Shown here piece after piece: positions 1 to 9,540 of a stretch of 64,000 nucleotides of DNA (position 1 is its first letter; every line of letters begins with the position of its first letter). The notes beneath the pieces were generated by a model, which was given only the letters and a program-made list of their open reading frames with translations, was not told where the DNA came from and ran no database searches. The stretch comes from an uncultured Nitrospiraceae bacterium. Lineage in GTDB: Bacteria; Nitrospirota; Thermodesulfovibrionia; Thermodesulfovibrionales; Dissulfurispiraceae. The translations under genes were made by a program, and so were the position numbers. The DNA lies in the NCBI GenBank assembly GCA_963727805.1, contig CAVSHF010000003.1:1024001-1088000 (forward strand). Reading direction: 5' to 3'.

Positions 1-292
1 TGCCCCCTCCCAAGCCAGCACCTGAGGGGATCTCCTTTGTCAAATATATCCGCGCCCCCTGGGTTGTTCCAGCAACCTCTCTAAGGGCGAGGGCAGCTTT
101 GAAGATGAGGTTCTGCTCAGCTGGGATTTTCATATCCGAATAAAGCTCGATAGCTGAAGACGGCTCAAGGGTGATAGTGTCATGAAGATCGATGCACTGC
201 ATAAGTGAAATGATGTTATGATATCCGTCGTCTCTCTTGTCAAGGACATATAACGACCAATTTATCTTGGCGGGCGGGGTCAGAGTGATCAT
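1..292 (-). CDS. ispE: 4-diphosphocytidyl-2-C-methyl-D-erythritol kinase (5' part, runs off window)
   Basis: Manual translation MITLTPPAKINWSLYVLDKRDDGYHNIISLMQCI...KEIPSGAGLGGG shows PAKIN, RxDGYH and the GHMP kinase GAGLGGG motif; not in the ORF track. Confidence 0.92.
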   Translation of the reverse strand, partial: MITLTPPAKINWSLYVLDKRDDGYHNIISLMQCIDLHDTITLEPSSAIELYSDMKIPAEQNLIFKAALALREVAGTTQGARIYLTKEIPSGAGLGGG

Positions 293-328
293 AACGACAT
301 TTCGCAGATCATTCAGGTAAAGAATGCG

Positions 329-2062
329 TCATTTAATATTGTGTTTTGCTTTGAGCTTTAAAATCTTCTCTTCAACCCTCTCCTTGACTCCCTCTTCCTT
401 CTCATGGAACTTTAAGGCATTGTTCCATGCATCGAGCGCTTCGTTGGGATTTCCCATCGCCTCATAAACATCGCCAAGATGCTCATAGAGAACAGGATCG
501 TCATTGACCGATCCGAGGGCTTTCCTGAGATACTTGAGTGCTTCCTTTTGTTTGCCGAGCTTGAAATAAACCCAACCGAGGCTGTCGATAATATAGCCGC
601 TGTCAGGTTTGAGATCGAGCGCTTTCTGAATAAGGGACAGTGCCTCCTGCAAATGAATCCCCTTGTCCGCGTAACTGAATCCAAGATAATTCAGGGCATC
701 TGCATGCTTCGGGTTGATCTCAATCACCTTTTTCAGAGAGGCAACCATATCATCAAAATGGCCAGTCTTCTCGTCCAGGACTGCCGCAGTGAAATAGAGC
801 TCATCATTGTCTTTGAAGAGATCGAGTCCCCTTTTTAAAACCTCTTCGGCCTTCTTGTAATCCTTCGCCTGAATATAAATGTTACCAAGCTGGCTGAAAA
901 TCTCAGGTTTCGTCTGATCGAAGGTAAGTAGTTCCTCGTAGACCTTCGCAGCATCAGAAAGATGGTTCAGCTTCGTGTAGATAAACGCCAGCGTCAGGAA
1001 GGCATTTAAGTTCTTTGGATCCAGGACAAGTATCTTCTTAAGTTCAACGATTGCCTCATCATAGCGTTTCAGTTCATCAAGGGCAAGGGACAGATAATAG
1101 TGAGCAGCAATATCATCAGGCTTGGCAGTCGTGACAAGCCTAAACTCAGAAACAGCCCTGTCATACTCATGTTCCTGAAGATAGAGCATTCCAAGCTTGG
1201 CATGAATGTCTACATTGGGGATATTTCTGGCGATCTCTTCAAGTTCCTTGACCGCCTTGTCGTATGACTTCCCTGAAATATACAACTGGGCGAGTCGCTC
1301 CCTAATAAAGACATCCTGGGGATTCAACTCCAAAGCCTTCCGATAATACTCCTCCGCTACCTTTAGATTGCCCTTTATCTCATTCACCAGCCCGAGGTTT
1401 AGATATGCCGCCTCAAAAGATGGGTTGATCTCGATAATTTTTTTAAACTGCTCCTCGGCAGCCTCATATTTCTTTTTTTCTACATAGATCGTACCAAGAT
1501 AATAGATAGCCATGAGATTATCAGGAGCCTTATCAAGGACTTGCTGGAAGAATTTCTGGCCCTTCTCGAAATCATGCTTCGAAGCATAGAGAACCCCGAG
1601 GAAGAGAAGTGTCTCGGTCTTTTCCGGTTCAATCTTCAAGGCCCTTTCATACATGGCGATGGCATCATCAACTCTCTTCTGCGAATTGTAGAGTTCTCCA
1701 AGGTACATCATTGCGGGAACATAATCAGGACTTTCTTTAAGAACTTCCTCCAGCCTTACAATCGCTTCCGTTATTCTGTCCAATTTCACCAGCATGCGTC
1801 CGGTCTGGGTCTTGAGGTAAGCCGATGACGGGTCGAATTTGAGCGCATTCGCGTAATTGTTCAGCGCTTCTTCCCACTTACCGTTGATCTCATTTTCGTA
1901 TCCAAGCAGGTATTCAATATCTGCCTTCTGCTGGACAGGGATTGGAAGATTTTCAGTCGTGCCACCCGAGGTTTGTATTTTTTCGGCTGCACTGCATGAA
2001 ACGGAGACAAAAACAGTCACAAAAAAAAGTAGAAATAAAGAAAGAGCTAATTTTACCGCCAT
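329..2062 (-). CDS. Tetratricopeptide-repeat envelope protein with signal peptide
   Basis: 577 aa, hydrophobic N-terminus, many TPRs, C-terminal ALNYLGFSYAD...IIDSLGWVYF typical of TPR proteins upstream of ispE. Confidence 0.88.
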   Translation of the reverse strand: MAVKLALSLFLLFFVTVFVSVSCSAAEKIQTSGGTTENLPIPVQQKADIEYLLGYENEINGKWEEALNNYANALKFDPSSAYLKTQTGRMLVKLDRITEAIVRLEEVLKESPDYVPAMMYLGELYNSQKRVDDAIAMYERALKIEPEKTETLLFLGVLYASKHDFEKGQKFFQQVLDKAPDNLMAIYYLGTIYVEKKKYEAAEEQFKKIIEINPSFEAAYLNLGLVNEIKGNLKVAEEYYRKALELNPQDVFIRERLAQLYISGKSYDKAVKELEEIARNIPNVDIHAKLGMLYLQEHEYDRAVSEFRLVTTAKPDDIAAHYYLSLALDELKRYDEAIVELKKILVLDPKNLNAFLTLAFIYTKLNHLSDAAKVYEELLTFDQTKPEIFSQLGNIYIQAKDYKKAEEVLKRGLDLFKDNDELYFTAAVLDEKTGHFDDMVASLKKVIEINPKHADALNYLGFSYADKGIHLQEALSLIQKALDLKPDSGYIIDSLGWVYFKLGKQKEALKYLRKALGSVNDDPVLYEHLGDVYEAMGNPNEALDAWNNALKFHEKEEGVKERVEEKILKLKAKHNIK

Positions 2063-2097
2063 AATAATATCACCCCGGGGTCTGATTCAGAATCCTA

Positions 2098-2126
2098 AAA
2101 TAAATGGGGTCCCATCGGACCCCATG
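2098..2126 (-). terminator. Rho-independent terminator after the small peptide gene
   Basis: Stem ATGGGGTC/GACCCCAT followed by TTATTTT on the minus strand. Confidence 0.7.
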
Positions 2127-2153
2127 TGACTTGACTGCGATAGTCTTAAATGC

Positions 2154-2216
2154 TCAGCAAGAACCTTTACACTTGCAGGTCAGTGACACTTTTTTAGAAA
2201 CTTTTTTGATGATCAT
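2154..2216 (-). CDS. Putative RiPP precursor peptide, 20 aa (MIIKKVSKKVSLTCKCKGSC)
   Basis: ATG with GAAGGGGG RBS 7 nt upstream; Lys-rich leader plus CxCxxxC tail; 45 nt downstream of the radical SAM gene on the same strand; followed by a terminator. Confidence 0.75.
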   Translation of the reverse strand: MIIKKVSKKVSLTCKCKGSC

Positions 2217-2261
2217 CGGGTTTCCCCCTTCTTAGGGTATTGACAGGCTTCATGCCCGTTT

Positions 2262-3440
2262 TTATTTAATTATACCATAATGAAAGCATTTGTAAAGGTC
2301 ACGCTCTATGCCTGCAACCATGTCAATTCCCTCCTTATCTTTACCCGAAATCATGGAGGCGCGATAACGACATCCCCCTCTGCAATCATCAATCACCCCG
2401 CACAATAATCGGGCGCACTCAAGGTCCTGCAGGTTCACCGGCGTAATTCGCTTCCAGGCATCACTTAGCCCTTTGCCGATGGTTCCAGCAGGTCTGTGGG
2501 AATAAAATGCACATTTACAGATTTCCCCCGCAGCGAGCACCGCTGCAAGGTGAAGACCGCACCCAAAACCCTCGCCGCCGCCATGCAATCCCCCGCCGAA
2601 TCCATAATCGAGAAACTTGCCGCCGATCGCGGGAGTCACCTGAAGCATGTCATTATCTTTAAATCTCCCTTCCGGGCAGGGCACATCTACAGTCCAATCA
2701 CGGATGCCAAGCCCTTGAAAAAGATGTTCCATCTCATCGAACTCGGTCTGATTCTCACGGTGTACCATGGTCGCAACCGAAACCGGCATTCCAAAACCAA
2801 GAGCCATCTCAACAGTCTTGATTACCTTCCGAAAAGTTCCTTTTCCCCTGAGTGTATCGTGACCGTGCTCCATTCCGTCGATACTTAACTGTATCTCGTC
2901 AACATGCAGTTTACTTAAAAGGTTTTGATCAAGCAGAAGACCGTTGGTAAACAATATTTTTCTGTACGCATATTCAGGCAAGAGAGCATTGACCTCCTCA
3001 AAATGGCTGTGCATCAGCGGTTCGCCGCCAGTAATCAATAGGCGGAGTCCTTGCATGTTTTCGAACTCATCAAGCACGGATTTCAATTGCGGAATTGTCA
3101 GTTCCCTATTTCGTGGAACTCCAATGTAACAATGCCGGCACCTCAGATTGCACTTGTCGGTAATTTGAAGTTCGAGATAACGCAATGAGGGCGCTGGAGA
3201 CAAGTTAACAGGTGGCCGTTTTATAGCAACAGGATTTGTGGTTAATATCCCTTCAGAGAGGCAATACTCGATAAATTCAGTCTCAGCTTCATTTGGATCG
3301 CCCCCTTCCAGAGTCGTGCACTCCCTCAGATAGCAGAAAGCCCCGTCATCAAGCTCATACAGTTCGTCTTTCTTTATGTCATAGAGAGACGGGATTTCGA
3401 GCCATTTCAGGACGAACCCTTCGGAAAGACGATATCTCAC
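2262..3440 (-). CDS. Radical SAM/SPASM protein with N-terminal RRE/PqqD-like region; putative peptide maturase
   Basis: CNLRCRHC motif, ITGGEPL, C-terminal Cys-rich SPASM (CGLHL..GEICKC..C..C..DCRGGCRYRA..YKC), about 80-aa N-terminal extension. Confidence 0.88.
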   Translation of the reverse strand: MRYRLSEGFVLKWLEIPSLYDIKKDELYELDDGAFCYLRECTTLEGGDPNEAETEFIEYCLSEGILTTNPVAIKRPPVNLSPAPSLRYLELQITDKCNLRCRHCYIGVPRNRELTIPQLKSVLDEFENMQGLRLLITGGEPLMHSHFEEVNALLPEYAYRKILFTNGLLLDQNLLSKLHVDEIQLSIDGMEHGHDTLRGKGTFRKVIKTVEMALGFGMPVSVATMVHRENQTEFDEMEHLFQGLGIRDWTVDVPCPEGRFKDNDMLQVTPAIGGKFLDYGFGGGLHGGGEGFGCGLHLAAVLAAGEICKCAFYSHRPAGTIGKGLSDAWKRITPVNLQDLECARLLCGVIDDCRGGCRYRASMISGKDKEGIDMVAGIERDLYKCFHYGIIK

Positions 3441-3443
3441 AAA

Positions 3444-5879
3444 TTAAGGAGGCGTGATCTGGGAAATGTGCCAGATATTATCAGCGTATTCATTGATCGC
3501 CCGGTCGCTTGAGAATTTCCCCGAACGCGCCATATTAAGAATAGCCATTTTCGTCCAACGCTCTTTGTCCCCGTAAGCTAGCGCCACATCATCCTGGCAA
3601 TGAATATAGGATTCAAAATCAGCGAGGACAAAAAACCGGTCTCCGTCGAGGAGCGTCCTGACTATTGGATGGAAAAGGGCCGTATCATCGGGAGAAAAAT
3701 ATCCTTCCAGAAGCTGGTTGATTATTCGATGCAACACTGGATTTTTCTCATAGTAATGATGGGGATTATATCCATGCCTCATCTCCATGATTTCTCCGGC
3801 GGTCAGCCCAAAAAGGAAAAAATTATCCTCTCCCACCTCTTCGCGTATTTCCACATTCGCTCCGTCAAGAGTCCCGATCGTCAGGGCACCGTTCAATGCG
3901 AACTTCATGTTCCCTGTGCCGGAGGCCTCAAAGCCAGCCGTCGAGATTTGTTCCGAAAGCTCGGCGGCCGGCATGATTCTCTGGGCAAGAGTCACGCCGT
4001 AATTCGGGACAAAAACCACTTTAAGCAGCGAACGTGTCCTGGGATCTCTTTCGATTGCCTCGCTTACATTGTGAATCAGCTTTATGATCAGTTTGCACAA
4101 ATAATAGCCCGGCGCTGATTTTCCCGCAAAGAGGACTGTCCGCGGAGTGAACAGCCCATCGTCTTTTCCATCCCGGAGACGATTATACAGAGTAATGATG
4201 TGGAAGATATTGAGGAGCTGACGCTTGTATTCGTGAAACCTCTTGACCTGACAGTCCAGCAGAAAGTCTGGCGGGATCGAGAGTCCCGATGTCTTTTCGA
4301 GATGTCCCGAGAGCGAGGTTTTGTTCGCCTCTTTTACCTTGCGAAAACGGCTCCGGAATTCTGAATCGTCGGCGAAAGGTTCGATTCGTTTCAGTTCATC
4401 GAGGTCTTTCATCCACTTTTCGCCGATAACTTCGGTTATCAGGCATGAAAGCCGCCTATTGCCTTCTATGAGCCACCGACGGGGCGTGATGCCGTTAGTC
4501 ACGTTCCTGAACTTGCCGGGGTACATGGTATGAAAGTCGGGGAAAACGTTTTCTTTCAATATCTCTGTGTGGAGCCACGACACTCCGTTTACCGCATGGC
4601 TTCCTACAATAGCAAGGCGCGCCATATTGACCCATCGTTCGCCGTCTCCGGTTATAACAGACATTTTCATCCTTCGGTCAGGCTCATCCTTAAAATTCTC
4701 ACCAACCTGAATGAGAAATCTTCTGTCAATCTCACGTATTATCTGCATATGCCGGGGGAGCAGGTGCCCCATCAGTCCTTCTGACCAGGTCTCGAGCGCC
4801 TCGGGTAGGATCGTATGGTTCGTATAGGCAAAGCTCTTCGTAGTTATGTTCCATGCATCATCCCATTCGAGATCGTCTTCATCGACCAGAATACGCATTA
4901 GTTCAGGAATAGCGATGGAAGGATGTGTGTCATTAAGCTGGATTGCCACCTTGTCAGGGAACTCATCATATTTTTGATGAAATTTCCTATAACGCCGTAT
5001 GATGTCCCTGAGCGTGGCACTCACAAAGAAAAATTGCTGTTTCAGCCTCAATTCCTTACCGGCGACCGACTGGTCATCGGGGTACAACACCTTTGAAATG
5101 TTCTCGCTTACCGTCTTATCCTCAACTGCCTTCACGTAATCTCCGCTGTTGAAGTATTCGAGATTGAACTCCCTCGATGATTTCGCCGCCCATAGCCTGA
5201 GAGTATTCACAGTATCGTTCTTAAAGCCGGGCACCGGATAGTCATATGCCATGGCCATGACATCCTCGGTGTCAACCCATTGCATGCGCAACCTTGCGTC
5301 ACTGCCGATGAGAGTCTTGACATTACCATAAAACTTTACAGGAGAGAGCACTTCGGGGCGCGGGATTTCCCATGGATTGCCATACCTGAGCCAGCTATCT
5401 GGTGCTTCGATCTGGTAACCGTTCTTTATGCGCTGAGAAAATATCCCGTATTCGTAGCGGATGCCATAACCATATCCAGGGTAACCAAGAGTTGCCATCG
5501 AATCAAGGAAGCAGGCGGCAAGCCTTCCCAGTCCGCCGTTGCCGAGACCAGCATCCTCTTCAAGATCGGCAAGTTCATCATAAGTCATCCCGAGGACATT
5601 CGCCGCATAACGGTAATCATCGACAAGACCGAGGTTAGTGATGTTGCTTTCAAGCAGCTTGCCCATCATGAATTCAAGGGACAAATAATAAACCCTCTTG
5701 GCATTACAGTTATAATAATGTTGCTGGGTGTTGATCCAGCGCTCGATGAGAAGATCCCTGACAGAAAGAGAAAAACTGATGAATTTGTCCCTCTCAGTGG
5801 CCGAATAACGGTCCTTGGCGATCGAATAGATTAGATGATCGACGATAGCTTTATGAAAAAACTGGAACGAATCACTCAT
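3444..5879 (-). CDS. glgP: Glycogen/starch phosphorylase
   Basis: GLGNGGLGRLAACFLDS, QLNDTHP, KRFHEYKRQ, EASGTGNMKF (PLP lysine). Confidence 0.98.
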   Translation of the reverse strand: MSDSFQFFHKAIVDHLIYSIAKDRYSATERDKFISFSLSVRDLLIERWINTQQHYYNCNAKRVYYLSLEFMMGKLLESNITNLGLVDDYRYAANVLGMTYDELADLEEDAGLGNGGLGRLAACFLDSMATLGYPGYGYGIRYEYGIFSQRIKNGYQIEAPDSWLRYGNPWEIPRPEVLSPVKFYGNVKTLIGSDARLRMQWVDTEDVMAMAYDYPVPGFKNDTVNTLRLWAAKSSREFNLEYFNSGDYVKAVEDKTVSENISKVLYPDDQSVAGKELRLKQQFFFVSATLRDIIRRYRKFHQKYDEFPDKVAIQLNDTHPSIAIPELMRILVDEDDLEWDDAWNITTKSFAYTNHTILPEALETWSEGLMGHLLPRHMQIIREIDRRFLIQVGENFKDEPDRRMKMSVITGDGERWVNMARLAIVGSHAVNGVSWLHTEILKENVFPDFHTMYPGKFRNVTNGITPRRWLIEGNRRLSCLITEVIGEKWMKDLDELKRIEPFADDSEFRSRFRKVKEANKTSLSGHLEKTSGLSIPPDFLLDCQVKRFHEYKRQLLNIFHIITLYNRLRDGKDDGLFTPRTVLFAGKSAPGYYLCKLIIKLIHNVSEAIERDPRTRSLLKVVFVPNYGVTLAQRIMPAAELSEQISTAGFEASGTGNMKFALNGALTIGTLDGANVEIREEVGEDNFFLFGLTAGEIMEMRHGYNPHHYYEKNPVLHRIINQLLEGYFSPDDTALFHPIVRTLLDGDRFFVLADFESYIHCQDDVALAYGDKERWTKMAILNMARSGKFSSDRAINEYADNIWHISQITPP

Positions 5880-5951
5880 GTTCCCCCCATTTAGGTTTAA
5901 TATACCACAGTTTATTGTCTGAAAGACAAAGAATCTGATAAACTTTTCGTC

Positions 5952-7448
5952 ATGACCGAACTACATATGCCGGCTTTCCCTGACGATCATGAGAAAGAAG
6001 TCTATCAGGTGATCATCAGCAGGCTTGAAGGTGCGCAGATCTCCGATGCCAAATACCGGCAGAGGCAATTTGAACTGATTGAAAAGGGAATAGGCGGGTT
6101 CATTCTCTTTGGCGGCGTCAGGGAGGAAATAAAAAAATTTCTAGCCGAGTTGCAGTCTCTCTCTCGCATCCCGCTTTTCATCGCTGCAGACATTGAACGC
6201 GGTGTAGGGCAGCAGGTTCAGGGAATGACTTCCTTCCCTTCCCACATGGCCTTTGCCGCGGCTATCGACCGGATAAAACAACAAGATCTCACTCTGCTTC
6301 ATCAGACAATCGAAGCAACAGCTGCCGAGGCAAGAGACATCGGTATCAATATGCCGCTCATCCCGGTCCTTGACGTAAACAGGAATCCTGATAATCCGAT
6401 CATATGCACGCGCGCCTTCTCGGATGATCCTGAACTAACAGCATGGTTCGGTTTCAACTATATCAGAATACTCGAAGGTAAAGGTCTTATTAGCTGCGCT
6501 AAACACTTTCCCGGGCATGGCGATACATCAACCGACTCCCATATTGCGCTGCCAGTGATTCGCAATAATAGAGACGATCTCATCAGTGTGGATTTATTCC
6601 CCTTTCGCATGGCCATTAAAGAAAAAGTAAGCAGTATTATGATCGGACACTTAAGTGTGCCTGCTCTCGATTCAAGACCTTCTAGCCTTTCACATAAAAT
6701 CATAACAGGCCTGTTAAAAGATGAGCTGGGTTTTACAGGTCTGGTGCTTACCGATGCCCTGAATATGCATGCCCTCAGGGAGTTCGGCGATGTTGGCCTG
6801 GAGTGCCTAAAGGCCGGTGCCGATATCCTCCTGCATCCTGACAATCCTAATGCGATGGCTGTAGAGTTGCTGTTAGCGCTCAAAGAAAAAAAGCTTGATC
6901 CCGGAATTCTTGACGCTATCGTCAAAAAGATCATCGATGCGAAGGCGGTCCTTAATCATGGCGCCGCTCCAGCGATCGATTTTGAGCGGCATGCGGTCCT
7001 GTCGAAAATGATCTCCCAAAAAGCAATCACATTGATCAAAAGTGCTCAAGGGCTTTTGCCTTTGTACGATTCCAGCGGAGTTCGTATTGTTTTTTCGGGA
7101 GAGAGTAAACATTTCGAGATCACTCCGCTAAAGGACTTCTTCTCTCCTTCTGGCGATTCGAATATCTTGCTGATTGCAATCTTTACGAGTGTTGCTGCCT
7201 GGAAGGGATCATCGGGGATCAGCAATGAGGAGAGGCTGAAATTAACTGGCCTTCTCAGAAGGGCGCGGAGGTCCATCGTCGTCTCCTTCGGAAGCCCTTA
7301 TGTGTTACGATATTTTAAGGATGCCGATGTCCTGATTGCAGCTTACGACCCGACAATACAAGCACAGCATGCAGTTCTGAATTGTTTGCGCGGAGCAAGT
7401 ACTTTTACTGGAAAGCTTCCCATCCATATACCCGAGGTGTCGACATAA
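5952..7448 (+). CDS. nagZ: GH3 beta-N-acetylglucosaminidase
   Basis: KHFPGHGDTSTDSH motif diagnostic of NagZ; GLVLTDAL. Confidence 0.9.
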   Translation: MTELHMPAFPDDHEKEVYQVIISRLEGAQISDAKYRQRQFELIEKGIGGFILFGGVREEIKKFLAELQSLSRIPLFIAADIERGVGQQVQGMTSFPSHMAFAAAIDRIKQQDLTLLHQTIEATAAEARDIGINMPLIPVLDVNRNPDNPIICTRAFSDDPELTAWFGFNYIRILEGKGLISCAKHFPGHGDTSTDSHIALPVIRNNRDDLISVDLFPFRMAIKEKVSSIMIGHLSVPALDSRPSSLSHKIITGLLKDELGFTGLVLTDALNMHALREFGDVGLECLKAGADILLHPDNPNAMAVELLLALKEKKLDPGILDAIVKKIIDAKAVLNHGAAPAIDFERHAVLSKMISQKAITLIKSAQGLLPLYDSSGVRIVFSGESKHFEITPLKDFFSPSGDSNILLIAIFTSVAAWKGSSGISNEERLKLTGLLRRARRSIVVSFGSPYVLRYFKDADVLIAAYDPTIQAQHAVLNCLRGASTFTGKLPIHIPEVST

Positions 7449-8695
7449 AGCTTGATCTTTCCCCATATGTCCAGGTCTTCAAGAACCGACGCATAGCCGT
7501 TGTCACCCTTCTCGGCTTCTCCTCAGGTCTCCCTTTTCAGTTGACTGGAGGCTCGCTGCAGGCGTGGATGGCGGTAGACGGCATAGACCTCCGCACTATC
7601 GGCATTTTTTCTCTCGTGGGCCTGCCCTATATCATAAAGTTTCTCTGGTCGCCGCTAATGGACAGGTTCGTTCCACCTTTCCTCGGCAGAAGACGAGGGT
7701 GGATGATCTTAACCCAGCTCTCCCTGGTCCTGGGCATATGCGCCATGGCCTTCAGCGCTCCATCCCAAGCCCCCGTCCTTTTAGCAGTGCTTGCCCTGGT
7801 GGTCGCCTTTTCTTCGGCCTCTCAGGACATTGTCATTGACGCATACCGCACCGACGTTCTTCATGAAAAAGAAAGGGGGGTCGGTGCAGCAGTCTCCGTC
7901 ATGGGTTACAGAATAGCCCTAATCGTATCGGGGGCATTTGCCCTAGTGCTTTCCGACCAGATCGGATGGCGAAACACATATCTCTTCATGGCCGGAGTAA
8001 TGGGCATAGGACTTATAGCGGCTGTGATTGCAGAGGAACCCGCCCTTTCCGTTGTCCCGCCGCGAAGCTTGAAAGAAGCGGTTTGGGGACCTCTCAAAGA
8101 CTACTTTACCAGATCGTCGGCAGTCTCGCTGCTTGTCCTGATCATGCTATACAAATTAGCCGATGCCTATTCCACTTCCTTGATAACAGCATTCCTCATA
8201 AAGGGGATAGGCTTTACAGCCACCGAGGTCGGCACCATCAATAAGGGGCTCGGAATGGCTTCGCTTATTTTCGGGGCCATTTTTGGCGGAACCCTGATGG
8301 TAAAGCTCGGCCTCTTCCGCTCGCTGCTCTACTTCGGCATCTTACAGACGGTTTCGAATCTTTCGTTCTCGGGTCTTGCACTGATAGGGAAAAGTTACGA
8401 GATGCTTATCTTTGCCGTAGCTTTCGAAAGCCTGACCAGCGGCATGGGCACAGCGGCCTTTGTGGCGCTTATAATGACGATCTGCAACCAGCGATTCAGC
8501 GCAACTCAGTATGCAATGCTTTCATCCCTTGCGGCATTAGGTCGAATACTCATTGCTCCGACTTCGGGGTATCTCGTCATGTCGGTCGGTTGGCCGGCCT
8601 TTTTCTTCATCGCAACCCTTTCAGGGATTCCCGGGCTGATCATACTCTGGAGACTCAAGGATACAATCCTGGCATTGAAGCACGAGGGGGATTAA
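7382..8695 (+). CDS. ampG: Muropeptide MFS permease (start uncertain)
   Basis: LGFSSGLP, KFLWSPLMD, SASQDIVIDAYR, ATQYAMLSSL. Confidence 0.93.
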   Translation: MFARSKYFYWKASHPYTRGVDIKLDLSPYVQVFKNRRIAVVTLLGFSSGLPFQLTGGSLQAWMAVDGIDLRTIGIFSLVGLPYIIKFLWSPLMDRFVPPFLGRRRGWMILTQLSLVLGICAMAFSAPSQAPVLLAVLALVVAFSSASQDIVIDAYRTDVLHEKERGVGAAVSVMGYRIALIVSGAFALVLSDQIGWRNTYLFMAGVMGIGLIAAVIAEEPALSVVPPRSLKEAVWGPLKDYFTRSSAVSLLVLIMLYKLADAYSTSLITAFLIKGIGFTATEVGTINKGLGMASLIFGAIFGGTLMVKLGLFRSLLYFGILQTVSNLSFSGLALIGKSYEMLIFAVAFESLTSGMGTAAFVALIMTICNQRFSATQYAMLSSLAALGRILIAPTSGYLVMSVGWPAFFFIATLSGIPGLIILWRLKDTILALKHEGD

Positions 8696-8703
8696 CTGGA
8701 CGG

Positions 8704-9465
8704 TCAGTCTGCCCGGGACGTGCCCTTCCCTGACACTTGCGCTCTCAATATAATGATCCCTGGCTTGTTTCTCACATATTCCATAAAAGCCTCATCGACA
8801 ACCTGTTTGATTTCTTTTGATGAAGAGGCATGTCTCAGAAAGGATGATCTTCCCACTCTGATGAAAATCCCGACGTGAGAAACGTCAAGCCCGTCGCGTT
8901 CGGAATATATGCCGATATAATCACCTGTCTTCAGCCCTCCGACCACCTGACTATCCAGTGAGGATGAAGGGATATACTTGATGTCTCTATGCACCGGCTC
9001 TATCCCCGCCAGAAAACAGGTGCCCTCTTCCTTCAGATTGAGTATTTTAGGTACAGTTCTTGTATTGCGAAGTCCGATAGCGTCGGTGATATCTTCGATA
9101 TGATCACGATTAAAGTTGACCCAATCGGTGAAGAAGTGGTTCCGGTTTTCAAAAGAGACAACTCCGCCTCGATACCTTATTTTTTTCAGGCTTTCCCTGA
9201 ATTCTGAAAACGATGACGAAAGTCTCATCGCCTCTACATAGTCGATAAAAGTAAAACAATCGAGAGCTTCAAGGTTTATGACCAGTATCTCTTTTCTTTT
9301 CTGGTCGCCTATCAGAGTAGATTCCTGATAAAGCATTCCTAAAAACCTGCGGGAGAGAAATTCGATGCGATCACCCGGGTCATCGATTGATCCAGCTTCC
9401 TTCATGAGGGTCTCCAGAGTTTCAGCCGACCACTGTCCCATAGTGATCAATTCTTTTTCAGTCAT
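8704..9465 (-). CDS. DUF1460 family N-acetylmuramoyl-L-alanine amidase-like protein
   Basis: LDCFTFIDYVEA, RNHFFTDW, GLDVSHVGI, HASS motifs; located in the PG-recycling cluster. Confidence 0.85.
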   Translation of the reverse strand: MTEKELITMGQWSAETLETLMKEAGSIDDPGDRIEFLSRRFLGMLYQESTLIGDQKRKEILVINLEALDCFTFIDYVEAMRLSSSFSEFRESLKKIRYRGGVVSFENRNHFFTDWVNFNRDHIEDITDAIGLRNTRTVPKILNLKEEGTCFLAGIEPVHRDIKYIPSSSLDSQVVGGLKTGDYIGIYSERDGLDVSHVGIFIRVGRSSFLRHASSSKEIKQVVDEAFMEYVRNKPGIIILRAQVSGKGTSRAD

Positions 9466-9540
9466 AGCTTCATCCTGAGTGCATGATATCGGAAAGCCTA
9501 TCGTGTTTTCAATCCCACGACTCTATGCTATGATATTTTT

